Shown one piece after another: positions 10,563 to 20,160 of a stretch of 64,000 nt of DNA; position 1 is the stretch's first letter; the number at the start of each line of letters is the position of its first letter. The position numbers and the translations under genes are program-made. The DNA lies in assembly GCA_902596165.1 (NCBI GenBank), contig CACJSU010000002.1, positions 23,245 through 87,244 of the forward strand. The letters are read 5' to 3'. Below the pieces are notes generated by a model. It did no database searches. It was not told the DNA's origin and worked only from the letters and a program-made list of their open reading frames with translations. The DNA is from an uncultured SAR86 cluster bacterium (GTDB lineage Bacteria; Pseudomonadota; Gammaproteobacteria; Magnimaribacterales; D2472).

Positions 10563-11234
10563 ATGAATAATTTAATTGAGCTAATCAATGCTGAATTACC
10601 TCAATTTCAATGTGGACGATGTGACACTCCTGGATGCAGACCTTACGCAGAAGAAATTGTAAAGGGGTCTCCTCATAATAGATGTGTTCCTGGAGGCCAA
10701 GATACATTAATTAAAATTTCTAATATTTTAGGTAAAGATTCTATATTGCTGGACGAAGACTACGGCCCAGAATTAAAACCGCAAGTAGCACATATTATTG
10801 AAGAAGACTGTATTGGTTGCAAAAAATGTATTGATGCTTGCCCAGTAGATGCTATAACTGGTTCAGCTAATCTTATGCACAATGTTATAAATGATTTGTG
10901 CACTGGGTGTGAGTTATGCATTGAGCCTTGTCCAGTTGATTGCATAGAATTAATTGAAGTAGAAAAAGATCAATCATTAAAAGTTAGAAATCATTCCGAA
11001 TATTTCTTTAATCTTAAAATTGAATTACACAACCGAAAAAAGAAAAAATCTAAAATGAACAAAAATATTGCTGAAAATCTAGATATTGCTGATTCAATAA
11101 ATCAGAAATTGAAAAATAGAAATATTGATAAAGAAGCATCTTTAAGAAACCTACAAATAGAAATACTGGAATCTCAAAAAAATGAGAAGCATATAAAATC
11201 CTCAGATTTAGAGGTATTAAAAAAACAATTATAA
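10563..11234 (+). CDS. RnfB-like polyferredoxin (stand-alone, no N-terminal anchor)
   Basis: LPQFQCGRCDTPGC..NRCVPGG, CIGCKKCIDACPVDAI, CTGCELCIEPCPVDCI. Confidence 0.85.
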   Translation: MNNLIELINAELPQFQCGRCDTPGCRPYAEEIVKGSPHNRCVPGGQDTLIKISNILGKDSILLDEDYGPELKPQVAHIIEEDCIGCKKCIDACPVDAITGSANLMHNVINDLCTGCELCIEPCPVDCIELIEVEKDQSLKVRNHSEYFFNLKIELHNRKKKKSKMNKNIAENLDIADSINQKLKNRNIDKEASLRNLQIEILESQKNEKHIKSSDLEVLKKQL

Positions 11235-12248
11235 AGTTTGCTTATTAAGCGCTTCTAAAATAGAAATTGAGTTTTCTTTTGAAGAAATCATCAGACCTTT
11301 AACTCTTTTTGCTATATCTTTCAGAGCCATTTCTATCTGAGCTTCATCTCTATGTAATAAATCTTTTGTTAAACCTATTACACCGCCTGAATTAATCAAG
11401 ATGTCGGGTATGAAGACTATTCCTATATCATGTAAATCTTTCGCAATTGAGGCATCTAGCAATTGATTATTAGCACCTCCAGCAATAATTTTACACTTAA
11501 GGTTGTTGATAGAAGATTTAGTAAATATTGCTCCTACAGCACAAGGTGAAAATAAATCACATTCAAATGATAATGCATCATCAATAGGCGTGATATTCTT
11601 ATGTTCGATTGAGTCTAATTTTGATCGATCAATATCAGAAATATAAACTTGAGCACCTGAGTTTACTAAATGTTCAGCAAGTTTTTTACCAACGCTTCCA
11701 GCGCCCTGTATTGCAATTTTTTTATTCTGAAGATCTTCAGAAAAATATATATTTATTGCCTGTTCAATTGAATAAAATAAGCCTTTGGCTGTATAGGGTC
11801 CTGGATCGACATTATCAAACACATAATCACTATACTTTTTAACAAACTTAATATCCTCAAGAGTAATGCCTATATCTTCAGCAGATATATATGAACCCTT
11901 TAAATTATTCAGGAAAGCGGCAAATGATTTAAGCAAAGATTGGGATTTATCTCCATGCTTGAAGATTACAGCTTTACCTCCACCAAAAGGAATTTGTGCA
12001 GCATTATTTTTATCTGTCATGCCCTTTGATAAACGCAAAACATCTGTTAGACCAGCATCAAATGAGTCATATTCCTTAAATCTACAGCCACCAATAGCGG
12101 GACCTTTAACTGAATTATGAATCGCAATCAAAGATTTTAACCCTACATTTTGATCTTCATAATAGTAAACTTTCTCATGGCAAAACTCATGATGAGATGA
12201 AATATCAATCCCATTAAAATTTATATCTGTTATGTCCTTAAAAATCAT
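11229..12248 (-). CDS. Glu/Leu/Phe/Val dehydrogenase (leucine dehydrogenase-like)
   Basis: GPAIGGCR, LSKGMTDK, GGGKAVI, AEDIG, QGAGSVG, GGANNQL. Confidence 0.9.
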   Translation of the reverse strand: MIFKDITDINFNGIDISSHHEFCHEKVYYYEDQNVGLKSLIAIHNSVKGPAIGGCRFKEYDSFDAGLTDVLRLSKGMTDKNNAAQIPFGGGKAVIFKHGDKSQSLLKSFAAFLNNLKGSYISAEDIGITLEDIKFVKKYSDYVFDNVDPGPYTAKGLFYSIEQAINIYFSEDLQNKKIAIQGAGSVGKKLAEHLVNSGAQVYISDIDRSKLDSIEHKNITPIDDALSFECDLFSPCAVGAIFTKSSINNLKCKIIAGGANNQLLDASIAKDLHDIGIVFIPDILINSGGVIGLTKDLLHRDEAQIEMALKDIAKRVKGLMISSKENSISILEALNKQTL

Positions 12249-12298
12249 AATTGTATGAATTTTTCGTTTATATTATACGTGCATATTAAAGGGCTGAA

Positions 12299-12886
12299 AT
12301 GTTAAAAGATAGATTTAGAAAATTTCTACCAGTTGTTGTGGATCTAGAAACTGGAGGATTTGATTCTAAAAAAAATGCTATTTTAGAAATTGCTATTCAG
12401 CTGATTGAGGAGAATGACTCAAAGCTAGATTTAGGTGAATCTCACAGATATCATATAAAACCATTTGCGGGCCTGGAGATTGAAAAAGATTCATTAGAAT
12501 TCCTTAGATTAGACTTAAATCATCCACTGCGGTCGGCTGTAGATGAAAAATTTGCATTGACTGAAATCTTTAAAATAATCAATAAGCATAGAAGTAAGTA
12601 TGAGTGCTCAAGAGCAATTCTGGTTGGTCATAATGCATTTTTTGATCATAGTTTTCTTCTTGAAGCATGCATTAGAAATAAGATTAAAAAATCGCCTTTC
12701 CATCCCTTCTCTCTAATCGATACAGTAAGTTTAGGCGTTCTTGCAACCAAACAAACTGTTTTAGCTAGAGTATGTAAAGAATTAGATATCTCTTATGACA
12801 ACGATGAAGCCCATAGCGCCTCCTATGATGCGATGGTTACTGCTCAAGTATTTTGTAAAATCATCAATGATTTTGATTTAAACTAA
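12299..12886 (+). CDS. rnt: Ribonuclease T
   Basis: RFRKFLPVVVDLETGGF, LVGHNAFFD, PFHPFS, AHSASYDA. Confidence 0.95.
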   Translation: MLKDRFRKFLPVVVDLETGGFDSKKNAILEIAIQLIEENDSKLDLGESHRYHIKPFAGLEIEKDSLEFLRLDLNHPLRSAVDEKFALTEIFKIINKHRSKYECSRAILVGHNAFFDHSFLLEACIRNKIKKSPFHPFSLIDTVSLGVLATKQTVLARVCKELDISYDNDEAHSASYDAMVTAQVFCKIINDFDLN

Positions 12887-12890
12887 ATCT

Positions 12891-13616
12891 TTATAAACTT
12901 AGTGAATCACCAACTTGTTGACAGCTTGCAGGCATCAAATTAATTCCCTGATAGGACTCTTTAATGGACAACAGGTAACTAATCAAACCGCTGGTTCGTT
13001 TTGGAGCTATACCTGTTGCAATAAAATATTTAGCATTTAATTTAGATTTAGCTATTTTTGCTTGATTAAGACCCATTGAAACTTGAACTAATCCTAAGAC
13101 TTTAACCATATCAACAGTAATGATGCATGCATCAACATTATCAATTGCCAAATTTCTATTAAACATATGAGGTTCGTGAAAAACCTTAGCTCTTGAGCTG
13201 CTTAATGAATATGCAAAGGTTGTAGTATTATAAGGTTTGCCTGCTTTGTGAATATCTAACTTAAAGGAATTAAGCTCATATTCATTGTTAATATTAACCA
13301 CAACAACACTTGAAAATCCGGCTTTGATTAATACCTTAGATGCTTCATGAGTTGTAAAAATAGGGATATTTTTATTGAATAACTTCAATGAGTCTAAATC
13401 AAGATGATCTGAAAAATGAGCAGTGATGATAATATGAGTAACTTTATCAATAAGCTTATTTTTTAATAGATAGGCTTCCTCTGTTGATTCACGATTCAAC
13501 AACCAATTCATTTTTGGGAAAACCTGCCGTTTTGTTAGCCATGGATCAACAACTATCAAATCATCATCATTTGAATAAACCCATGATTGGTAATCATCGC
13601 CTCTAATAATTTGCAT
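12891..13616 (-). CDS. Metallo-beta-lactamase fold protein
   Basis: VVDPWL..IITAHFSDHLD (divergent HxHxDH). Confidence 0.65.
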   Translation of the reverse strand: MQIIRGDDYQSWVYSNDDDLIVVDPWLTKRQVFPKMNWLLNRESTEEAYLLKNKLIDKVTHIIITAHFSDHLDLDSLKLFNKNIPIFTTHEASKVLIKAGFSSVVVVNINNEYELNSFKLDIHKAGKPYNTTTFAYSLSSSRAKVFHEPHMFNRNLAIDNVDACIITVDMVKVLGLVQVSMGLNQAKIAKSKLNAKYFIATGIAPKRTSGLISYLLSIKESYQGINLMPASCQQVGDSLSL

Positions 13617-13654
13617 ATATGTATAATTTCATAAATGAGAATAAATACCAAACT

Positions 13655-13673
13655 GATAATGATTATCATTAAA
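13655..13673. promoter_or_regulatory. Fur box
   Basis: GATAATGATTATCATTAAA matches 16/19 of GATAATGATAATCATTATC and lies next to a ferritin-like gene. Confidence 0.8.
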
Positions 13674-13747
13674 AAAATACCTTAAATCAGTGCTTTACAT
13701 ATTTAATAAACAATATTAAAGTAAAAAGAAATAAACCAGGAATTTAT

Positions 13748-14188
13748 ATGGAAATGAAAGAAATCAATACAAATGAAGTATGCGATATATTGAATGAAAT
13801 AATGGAATATGAACTAGCAGGCGTTGTTAGGTATACACACTCCTCATTAATGGTATCTGGGCCATATAGATTACCCATAGTGACATTTTTGAAAGAACAA
13901 GCCGCTGAATCTATGCTCCATGCTCAGCAAGCTGGTGAATTGCTAGTAGGACTTGATGGACATCCTAGTCTTAAGGTTGCAAAAATTGAAGAAACCCACA
14001 GGCATTCAATAAAAGATATATTAGAAGAAGGCCTTGAGCATGAGTTACATGCACTGAGTTTATACAAAAAATTATTAACTAGCGTTGCAGATGCATCAGT
14101 GTATTTAGAAGAATATGCTAGAAGTATGATTGGAGAGGAAGAGCAGCACACTTTAGAGTTAAAAGCTATGTTAAAAGATTTTGTCTAA
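13748..14188 (+). CDS. Bacterioferritin-like / ferritin-family protein
   Basis: Four-helix di-iron pattern: EYELAG..Y, ESMLHA, EHE..Y, EEEQH. Confidence 0.8.
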   Translation: MEMKEINTNEVCDILNEIMEYELAGVVRYTHSSLMVSGPYRLPIVTFLKEQAAESMLHAQQAGELLVGLDGHPSLKVAKIEETHRHSIKDILEEGLEHELHALSLYKKLLTSVADASVYLEEYARSMIGEEEQHTLELKAMLKDFV

Positions 14189-14191
14189 CAG

Positions 14192-14506
14192 CTAGGACAC
14201 AGCATCTTTAATAATAGACTTAAGTTCTCCTGCTTCATGCATCTCAGTCACAATGTCGCAGCCTCCTATTAACTCGCCGCTAACAAAGACCTGAGGGAAA
14301 GTTGGCCAATCTGAAATATTTGGAAGAGTCTGTCTAATGTCTTGATTTTCTAAGATATCAACATATGAAAATTCAGCCTCACATTCAATCAACGCTTGAA
14401 CCGTTTTAGCTGAAAAGCCACACTTAGGTTCATATGGTGAACCTTTCATATATATTAAAATTTTATTGTCTTTTATTTGCTCTTTGATTTTATCTTCAAT
14501 TGACAT
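14192..14506 (-). CDS. grxD: Monothiol glutaredoxin Grx4
   Basis: MKGSP..PKCGFS, WPTFPQ, GGCDI. Confidence 0.96.
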   Translation of the reverse strand: MSIEDKIKEQIKDNKILIYMKGSPYEPKCGFSAKTVQALIECEAEFSYVDILENQDIRQTLPNISDWPTFPQVFVSGELIGGCDIVTEMHEAGELKSIIKDAVS

Positions 14507-15261
14507 TATTTTTTCCTTAAGGAATCGATGTATTTAATTATGGTGTCCTCAAAGCCAAATTTCAATGCATCTGTAATAATTGCATGACCTATTGATACCT
14601 CATCAACTTTTCCACATTCAATTAAATGGGGAAGATTATCTAGATTAAGATCATGTCCAGCATTAATACCCAATTTAAATTCACGCGCATCACTAATACA
14701 TTTAGTAATGTCACTTTTACAACTATTAAAGTTTGTAAAATCTTCATCAGACAAATAACTTGCAAATGGGCCAGTGTAAATTTCAATCCTATCAAAACCA
14801 ATGTCCGAAGCATATTTAACTGAGCTTGTATTTGCATCTATAAATAGACTGGTCCTTGACTTAGTTCCCTTCACCAAATTAATAAAATCTCTTAATTCAT
14901 TATCTAAAAAACCTGGTTGCCAGCCGTGATCAGAGGTGATTTGCTCATTATTATCTGGAACCAAGGTTATTTGATCGGGAGTTGAGCGAAGACACAACTC
15001 ATGAAAACCAATAAATTCTCCGTCAGGCAAAGAGAATGGATTTCCCTCTAAATTAAATTCAATACCACGATCTTTGCATATTTTAGAGATATTAATAGCA
15101 TCGTCTGAAGTTGCATGGCGATGATCTGGCCTGGGATGAAGAGTCAAACCATCAACCCCCAAATCAATACATTTTTGCGCATACTCAATTAGAGAAGGAT
15201 TGTCATGACCTCGGGAATTTCTAAGTAAAGCAATTTTATTTAAATTGACACTAAGCTTCAT
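14506..15261 (-). CDS. pdxJ: Pyridoxine 5'-phosphate synthase
   Basis: LSVNLNKIALLRNSR, HPRPDHRH, NLEGNP, NAGHDLN, EVSIGHA. Confidence 0.96.
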   Translation of the reverse strand: MKLSVNLNKIALLRNSRGHDNPSLIEYAQKCIDLGVDGLTLHPRPDHRHATSDDAINISKICKDRGIEFNLEGNPFSLPDGEFIGFHELCLRSTPDQITLVPDNNEQITSDHGWQPGFLDNELRDFINLVKGTKSRTSLFIDANTSSVKYASDIGFDRIEIYTGPFASYLSDEDFTNFNSCKSDITKCISDAREFKLGINAGHDLNLDNLPHLIECGKVDEVSIGHAIITDALKFGFEDTIIKYIDSLRKK

Positions 15262-15275
15262 ACAGGAGAAATGAA

Positions 15276-15704
15276 TTAGCCTCTATCTTTAAAGTCTTCA
15301 ACATTTATATCAATTGAATTAATGTCATGAGGCTGTGAAATAGATGATTCATCCCAAAAAGCCCGGCCACTGATAATCTTACCACTCTCATTAACAACAA
15401 AATGATCAACAATTGAAATATCCATACCTGAATTATCATTTGTATTTCTAACCTGCATCACAGCTTTTAAAATACCTTCATTTGCACAAATCACTGTCTC
15501 AACATTTGTGGGTGTAATTTCCATTCCATTACTATGACCAAAATCCCAAAATGCACATATCGCATCAATTCCATTACAAGGCTCTGTTCCAACTGGATCT
15601 TCAAAAATAGCAGCATCATCCCAAAGACTTCTGAATAAGTTTTTATCATTATTCTTGTATGCTAAAACATAATTATCTAGTGCAGCTTGTACCGTTTCTT
15701 TCAT
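15276..15704 (-). CDS. Ketosteroid isomerase-like NTF2 protein
   Basis: N-terminal Tyr, FEDPVG (catalytic Asp), IVDHF..GKIISGRAFW. Confidence 0.75.
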   Translation of the reverse strand: MKETVQAALDNYVLAYKNNDKNLFRSLWDDAAIFEDPVGTEPCNGIDAICAFWDFGHSNGMEITPTNVETVICANEGILKAVMQVRNTNDNSGMDISIVDHFVVNESGKIISGRAFWDESSISQPHDINSIDINVEDFKDRG

Positions 15705-15712
15705 ATTAATTC

Positions 15713-16198
15713 CTATTTTTGTTTTCCTTTTTCTTTAAGTAAAATTTTAGTGAATTTATCATCAGGATTAATGGGTGAAACTTTCTCCCATATACGATCG
15801 TATTCAGAATGTTGAATTAACCATTGATCATCTTCTTTAATATATTTATCAACATATAGTGCAGTGCCTTGAGTAATACTTCCTAAATCAAAGTTATAGA
15901 ATATGTCTTGGAGATACCATTTTCCAGTTGCTTTAATATTTGAGAGAACCTCAATTTCCGGATGATGAGCAGTATGCATTGCAGCAGTCTGATTATGAAA
16001 TGCATGTTTTAAACTTTCCTTGATAGTCTCCTTGCCTTCAGATTCCCATCTATATGTACCACCTCGATAATCAATTGTTATATCTTGTGAAAATACATTA
16101 TCCAATAAATCAAAATCAGCCATATCTATTGCTCTAAAATATCTATGCTTAAGATTTTTAATTTCTTCTATATCAATTAATTTTTGCAGTTTATCCAT
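15713..16198 (-). CDS. SnoaL/BaiE-like NTF2 protein (start moved to ATG 16198)
   Basis: MDKLQKLIDIEEIKNLKHRYFRAID..HTAHHPEI..ATGKWYLQD..Y.D.Y. Confidence 0.72.
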   Translation of the reverse strand: MDKLQKLIDIEEIKNLKHRYFRAIDMADFDLLDNVFSQDITIDYRGGTYRWESEGKETIKESLKHAFHNQTAAMHTAHHPEIEVLSNIKATGKWYLQDIFYNFDLGSITQGTALYVDKYIKEDDQWLIQHSEYDRIWEKVSPINPDDKFTKILLKEKGKQK

Positions 16199-16205
16199 GC
16201 TAGCC

Positions 16206-16958
16206 TTAACGAAGATACGCCTGACCTCCATCAAGCATAATAGTCGATCCAGTGATGTAATTCATTCCATCAGAAAGAATATGACAGACAGCCTCGCCAA
16301 TATCATTTTTGCAGTCACCTACTCTACCCAAGGGTATAGTTTTAAGAAATTCATTAGCTTCATCAGGATACTCATTCATCCACCATTCCATCCCAGTGGA
16401 CTTTGCAAGGGGCATTATGCAATTAACTAAAATATTGTCCTGACCCCACTCTACTGCAGCTGCCCTAGATAAGGATCGAATGGACTCTTTCACAGCTGCA
16501 TAAGCTCCATAAGAATTTGAATCAGGTCGTAAAGCAGAAGAGCTCGCTAAATTAATAACTTTTCCATCCCCTTTTAAATGAGGGTATGAAGCTTTCATAA
16601 AGCGGAATGTTGCCAACGGGCCAGAATTCCATCCATTGATAAAGGATTCGTCCGTTACATCTAAAATATTTCCTAGAGGTACTTCTTGCGCATTATTTAT
16701 TAAAATATTAAGAGACTTAAACTTTGAAATTGTGGCTTCAATTGAATTATTAATAGATTCGTTATTTTTTACATCGCATTCAATTGCAATGGCTGATCCG
16801 CCTAGTCGGTTAATATCTTCGGCAACAGCTTCTACTTTAGAAAGGGTTCTTCCAACTAAGCAGACGCTTGCTCCATATGATGCTAGAGCTCTTGCAATTC
16901 CTTCGCCAACCCCTTGACCGGATCCGGTAATTAAAGCTGTTTTATTTGAAAAATCCAT
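16206..16958 (-). CDS. SDR oxidoreductase (start moved to ATG 16958)
   Basis: MDFSNKTALITGSGQGVG, INNA, YAAVK. Confidence 0.88.
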   Translation of the reverse strand: MDFSNKTALITGSGQGVGEGIARALASYGASVCLVGRTLSKVEAVAEDINRLGGSAIAIECDVKNNESINNSIEATISKFKSLNILINNAQEVPLGNILDVTDESFINGWNSGPLATFRFMKASYPHLKGDGKVINLASSSALRPDSNSYGAYAAVKESIRSLSRAAAVEWGQDNILVNCIMPLAKSTGMEWWMNEYPDEANEFLKTIPLGRVGDCKNDIGEAVCHILSDGMNYITGSTIMLDGGQAYLR

Positions 16959-18667
16959 TAAAAATTTGAACCGGTAATATCTTTTGCAGCCAAATAACCA
17001 AAAGTCATCGCTGGGCCAAGTGTTGAACCAGGACCAGGATAAGTTGGCAACAATGCAGTAGAGCAATTTCCGCATGCATAAAGCCCTGGTATAGCTTTAC
17101 CATCTTTGTTCAACACTCTGGCGTGTGTATCAATTACTAGACCGCCTGCTGTACCCATTTCGCCTGGATACAAAACCATACAATAAAAAGGTCCTGTTTC
17201 TAATGGAGCAAGACATGGATTTGGTGTTACTGATGGATCGCCATAATATCTATCGTAAACACTATCGCCACGTTGAAGATCAAGATCTTTACCTGAGGCA
17301 GCATATTCATTAACTTTTGCCTGAGTTACCAAAAGCCCATCAACATTAATACCCGCCACTTCAGCTAGCTCTTCAAGGGTTTCTCCCTTGGATAAGAAAG
17401 TTGGGGTCCACCACTCTTTTGGCACAGCTGAATCAGGTTGCATCGATGCCTGCAGAAGTGGGCCACAAGGTCTATTTTTTCTAAATGTACTATCAAAAAT
17501 CATGTAACAGGGAGCACAAGGATTTCCCTCAGCGTATTTATCAAACATATCATTTACAAAGCTGACATAGTTTTGTGATTCATTGGAGAATCTTTCACCA
17601 TTTTTATTGACAGTAAAATTTCCAGGCATTGATTTATCTACCATTGATAGCCAACCTTTGTCTTGCCCTGGCACCTTCATTACAGTAGACCACCAACCTG
17701 TATCCATTTGATGAGTATCAGCGCCTAATTTTAATGCAGCCTTTAATGCATCACCTGTATTATAAATATTAGCAGCACTCCACTCTATGTTTGTTGGCTT
17801 AGGCAAATATTGATCTCTCAAAGCTTGATCTTTTTCAAATCCTCCGGAAGCAAGAATAACCCCCTTATTAGCCTTAATATTAATTTCAATATTGTTTTTT
17901 GAAGCCTTAATTCCGATCACCGAACCATTTTCGTCAATAAGATCCGTCATTGCAGTTTCTGTCCATAAATCCACGTTCCTATCCTTTAAAGATAAGATTA
18001 ATCTTGCAACACCTGCATTGCCCATTGTTAATCGTCTGTCTTTCCAACCCCATTTAAGCCTCATTGGTAGATCTAAAATATATTTAGTAAATAGTTTTGC
18101 AAATAAAGATTTCCAGCCAGGCAAAGCCCCAAGTAATAGCTGACCCTCTACTTGGGTAAAATTCATATTTATTGGACCCATGGTAAAGGCAGTTTGTGGG
18201 TGCTGTTCTCTTAATTTACCCAGGTCATCTCCGAGATCAGTTCCCTTTATGGGCTCAGGCTCCATGGATCTATTTCCTGCCTTTCCTCCAGGATTATCTG
18301 GAAAATAATCTGGATAATGAGCTAAATTTCTATATTTAACTTGTGAATTTTCATGAAGATAATCAATCATTTTGGGGCCCTCAGAAAGATAAGTTTCAAC
18401 TAGCTCATCTTTAATTTTTCCCTCAGGTGAAACGCTATTTATGTAGTCTCTTGCATCTTGATCAGAGTCATCGACATTTTCAGCTTTTGCATACCTGTTA
18501 TTAGGTATCCAGACACCTCCACCAGAGGTAGCCGAGGTTCCGCCAAATTGAGTACTTTTTTCTATAACTAATGTTTTTGCACCACCATCGTGGCTGCACA
18601 AAGCAGATGTTAAGGCTCCGTTACCAGAACCAATTACAACCACATCAAATTCATAATCCCATTTCAT
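16958..18667 (-). CDS. 3-ketosteroid-delta1-dehydrogenase-like FAD oxidoreductase
   Basis: GGTSATSGGGVWIPNN, YPDY, NESQNY, GLYACGN, YPGPGSTLGPAMTFGY. Confidence 0.82.
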   Translation of the reverse strand: MKWDYEFDVVVIGSGNGALTSALCSHDGGAKTLVIEKSTQFGGTSATSGGGVWIPNNRYAKAENVDDSDQDARDYINSVSPEGKIKDELVETYLSEGPKMIDYLHENSQVKYRNLAHYPDYFPDNPGGKAGNRSMEPEPIKGTDLGDDLGKLREQHPQTAFTMGPINMNFTQVEGQLLLGALPGWKSLFAKLFTKYILDLPMRLKWGWKDRRLTMGNAGVARLILSLKDRNVDLWTETAMTDLIDENGSVIGIKASKNNIEINIKANKGVILASGGFEKDQALRDQYLPKPTNIEWSAANIYNTGDALKAALKLGADTHQMDTGWWSTVMKVPGQDKGWLSMVDKSMPGNFTVNKNGERFSNESQNYVSFVNDMFDKYAEGNPCAPCYMIFDSTFRKNRPCGPLLQASMQPDSAVPKEWWTPTFLSKGETLEELAEVAGINVDGLLVTQAKVNEYAASGKDLDLQRGDSVYDRYYGDPSVTPNPCLAPLETGPFYCMVLYPGEMGTAGGLVIDTHARVLNKDGKAIPGLYACGNCSTALLPTYPGPGSTLGPAMTFGYLAAKDITGSNF

Positions 18668-18689
18668 AATTTTTATTAATTTTTGTTAA

Positions 18690-18810
18690 ATTGTAACTAA
18701 TTCACTATAACTCAATGGGTATTTTTTAAAAAATTGTTATATATATTTATTTTGATTGACAAATTTTTACCAGTTGATACTCCCAAATTATTTTCATTAA
18801 TGTCTATAAT
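18690..18810. promoter_or_regulatory. Divergent promoter region with motifs shared with the F420 operon promoter
   Basis: Minus: ATACCCATTGA (18722-18712) starting 27 nt before TACAAT. Plus: TTGACAAATTT-N9-GATAC-N24-TATAAT. Confidence 0.5.
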
Positions 18811-18837
18811 CAAGTTTTATAAAAAATGAATTACTAA

Positions 18838-19968
18838 ATGAAAACTGATATTTGTAAAAAACTTGGTATTGAATATCCTATTTTTGCTTTTACTCACTGC
18901 AGGGATGTTGTTGTTGCAGTTAGTAAAGCTGGTGGAATCGGCGTGCTTGGTGCTGTGGGTTATTCACCTGAACAATTGAAAGAAGAGCTTGATTGGATCG
19001 ATAAGCATATTGGAGATTATCCGTATGGCGTTGATACAGTAATTCCACAAAAATATGAAGGTATGGATGAGAAAGATCCCGAGCAATTATTAGAATCATT
19101 GCAAAAAATGATACCCGATGGACATAGAGAATTTGTTGATGCTCTTTTAACAGATAATGGCGTTCCAGAAGCACCAGAATCTAATGGACCCAAAGGTGGG
19201 CTCTTGGGCTGGACAGAGGCAACCGCTGAACCTCAAATAGAAGAGGCTTTAAAACATCCAAATGTAAAATTAATAGCAAATGCTTTGGGTACACCTCCTG
19301 CTGATATGATTAAAAAAATTCAAGATAAAGGCGTTTTGATTGGTGCATTATGTGGAAAAATCAAACAGGCAGTTGCACATAAAGAGGCAGGCCTTGATTT
19401 CATCATTGCACAAGGTGGTGAAGGTGGAGGACATACTGGTGAGATAGGAAGTATAGTTTTGTGGCCTCAAATTGTTGATGCTGTTGATGGGCTACCAGTT
19501 CTAGCTGCAGGTGGAATCGGGAATGGTCGTCAAATGGCTGCAGCTATGTCTACAGGAGCTCAAGGAGTATGGTGTGGTTCATTATGGCTAGCTGTTGAAG
19601 AGGCAGCAGCTCAACCAGCAGAAAAAGATTCATATTTAAATGCAACCAGTGAAGACACAATTAGAAGCAGAGCTTGGACAGGCAAACCTGCAAGAATGCT
19701 AAAAAATAAATGGACAGAAGCATGGGAAAATCCTGACAATCCTGATCCATTACCAATGCCATTACAAGGGATGATTACTTTTGATGCAATGAGACGAACT
19801 TCTATCTATGCTGGCTCAGGTAATACACAGGATGTTTCCTTTAACGCTGCTGGCCAAGTTATTGGCCAAGTAAAACAAATTGAGTCAGTAAAAGATGTGA
19901 TCTATAGAATTATCAATGAATATCTTGATTCAGTTGAGCGACTAAACTCTTTGTTACCAGAAGAATAA
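18838..19968 (+). CDS. Nitronate monooxygenase-family flavoprotein (resembles mycobacterial Rv1894c)
   Basis: LGIEYPIFAFTHCRDVVVAVSKAGG, AQGGEGGGHTG, LAAGGIGNG. Confidence 0.85.
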   Translation: MKTDICKKLGIEYPIFAFTHCRDVVVAVSKAGGIGVLGAVGYSPEQLKEELDWIDKHIGDYPYGVDTVIPQKYEGMDEKDPEQLLESLQKMIPDGHREFVDALLTDNGVPEAPESNGPKGGLLGWTEATAEPQIEEALKHPNVKLIANALGTPPADMIKKIQDKGVLIGALCGKIKQAVAHKEAGLDFIIAQGGEGGGHTGEIGSIVLWPQIVDAVDGLPVLAAGGIGNGRQMAAAMSTGAQGVWCGSLWLAVEEAAAQPAEKDSYLNATSEDTIRSRAWTGKPARMLKNKWTEAWENPDNPDPLPMPLQGMITFDAMRRTSIYAGSGNTQDVSFNAAGQVIGQVKQIESVKDVIYRIINEYLDSVERLNSLLPEE

Positions 19969-19977
19969 ATTTTATCA

Positions 19978-20160
19978 ATGCTTGAAACTCTGTTTTCTGA
20001 GTTAAAAGACCTACTTTGGGGTCTTGGGATAGTGTCTTTTGCTATAGTTGGATTGCTGATGTTGCCTAAAAAACTCTCAAATCAACTTGGTCAGCACCCT
20101 TTTATTTTAACAATCATGTTTTTTTTAATACTCTATGCAGTCATAAGGGTTTTTAATTAG
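19978..20160 (+). CDS. Small two-TM membrane protein
   Basis: 60-aa hydrophobic ORF filling the gap, 9 bp after the upstream stop. Confidence 0.55.
   Translation: MLETLFSELKDLLWGLGIVSFAIVGLLMLPKKLSNQLGQHPFILTIMFFLILYAVIRVFN

Noticed and set aside
16199-16234. N-terminal extension of the BaiE-like ORF
   Set aside because: Overlaps the SDR end; ATG 16198 gives a typical N-terminus
16959-17075. N-terminal extension of the SDR in the ORF track
   Set aside because: Overlaps the KstD-like 3' end; ATG 16958 directly precedes the TGxxxGxG motif
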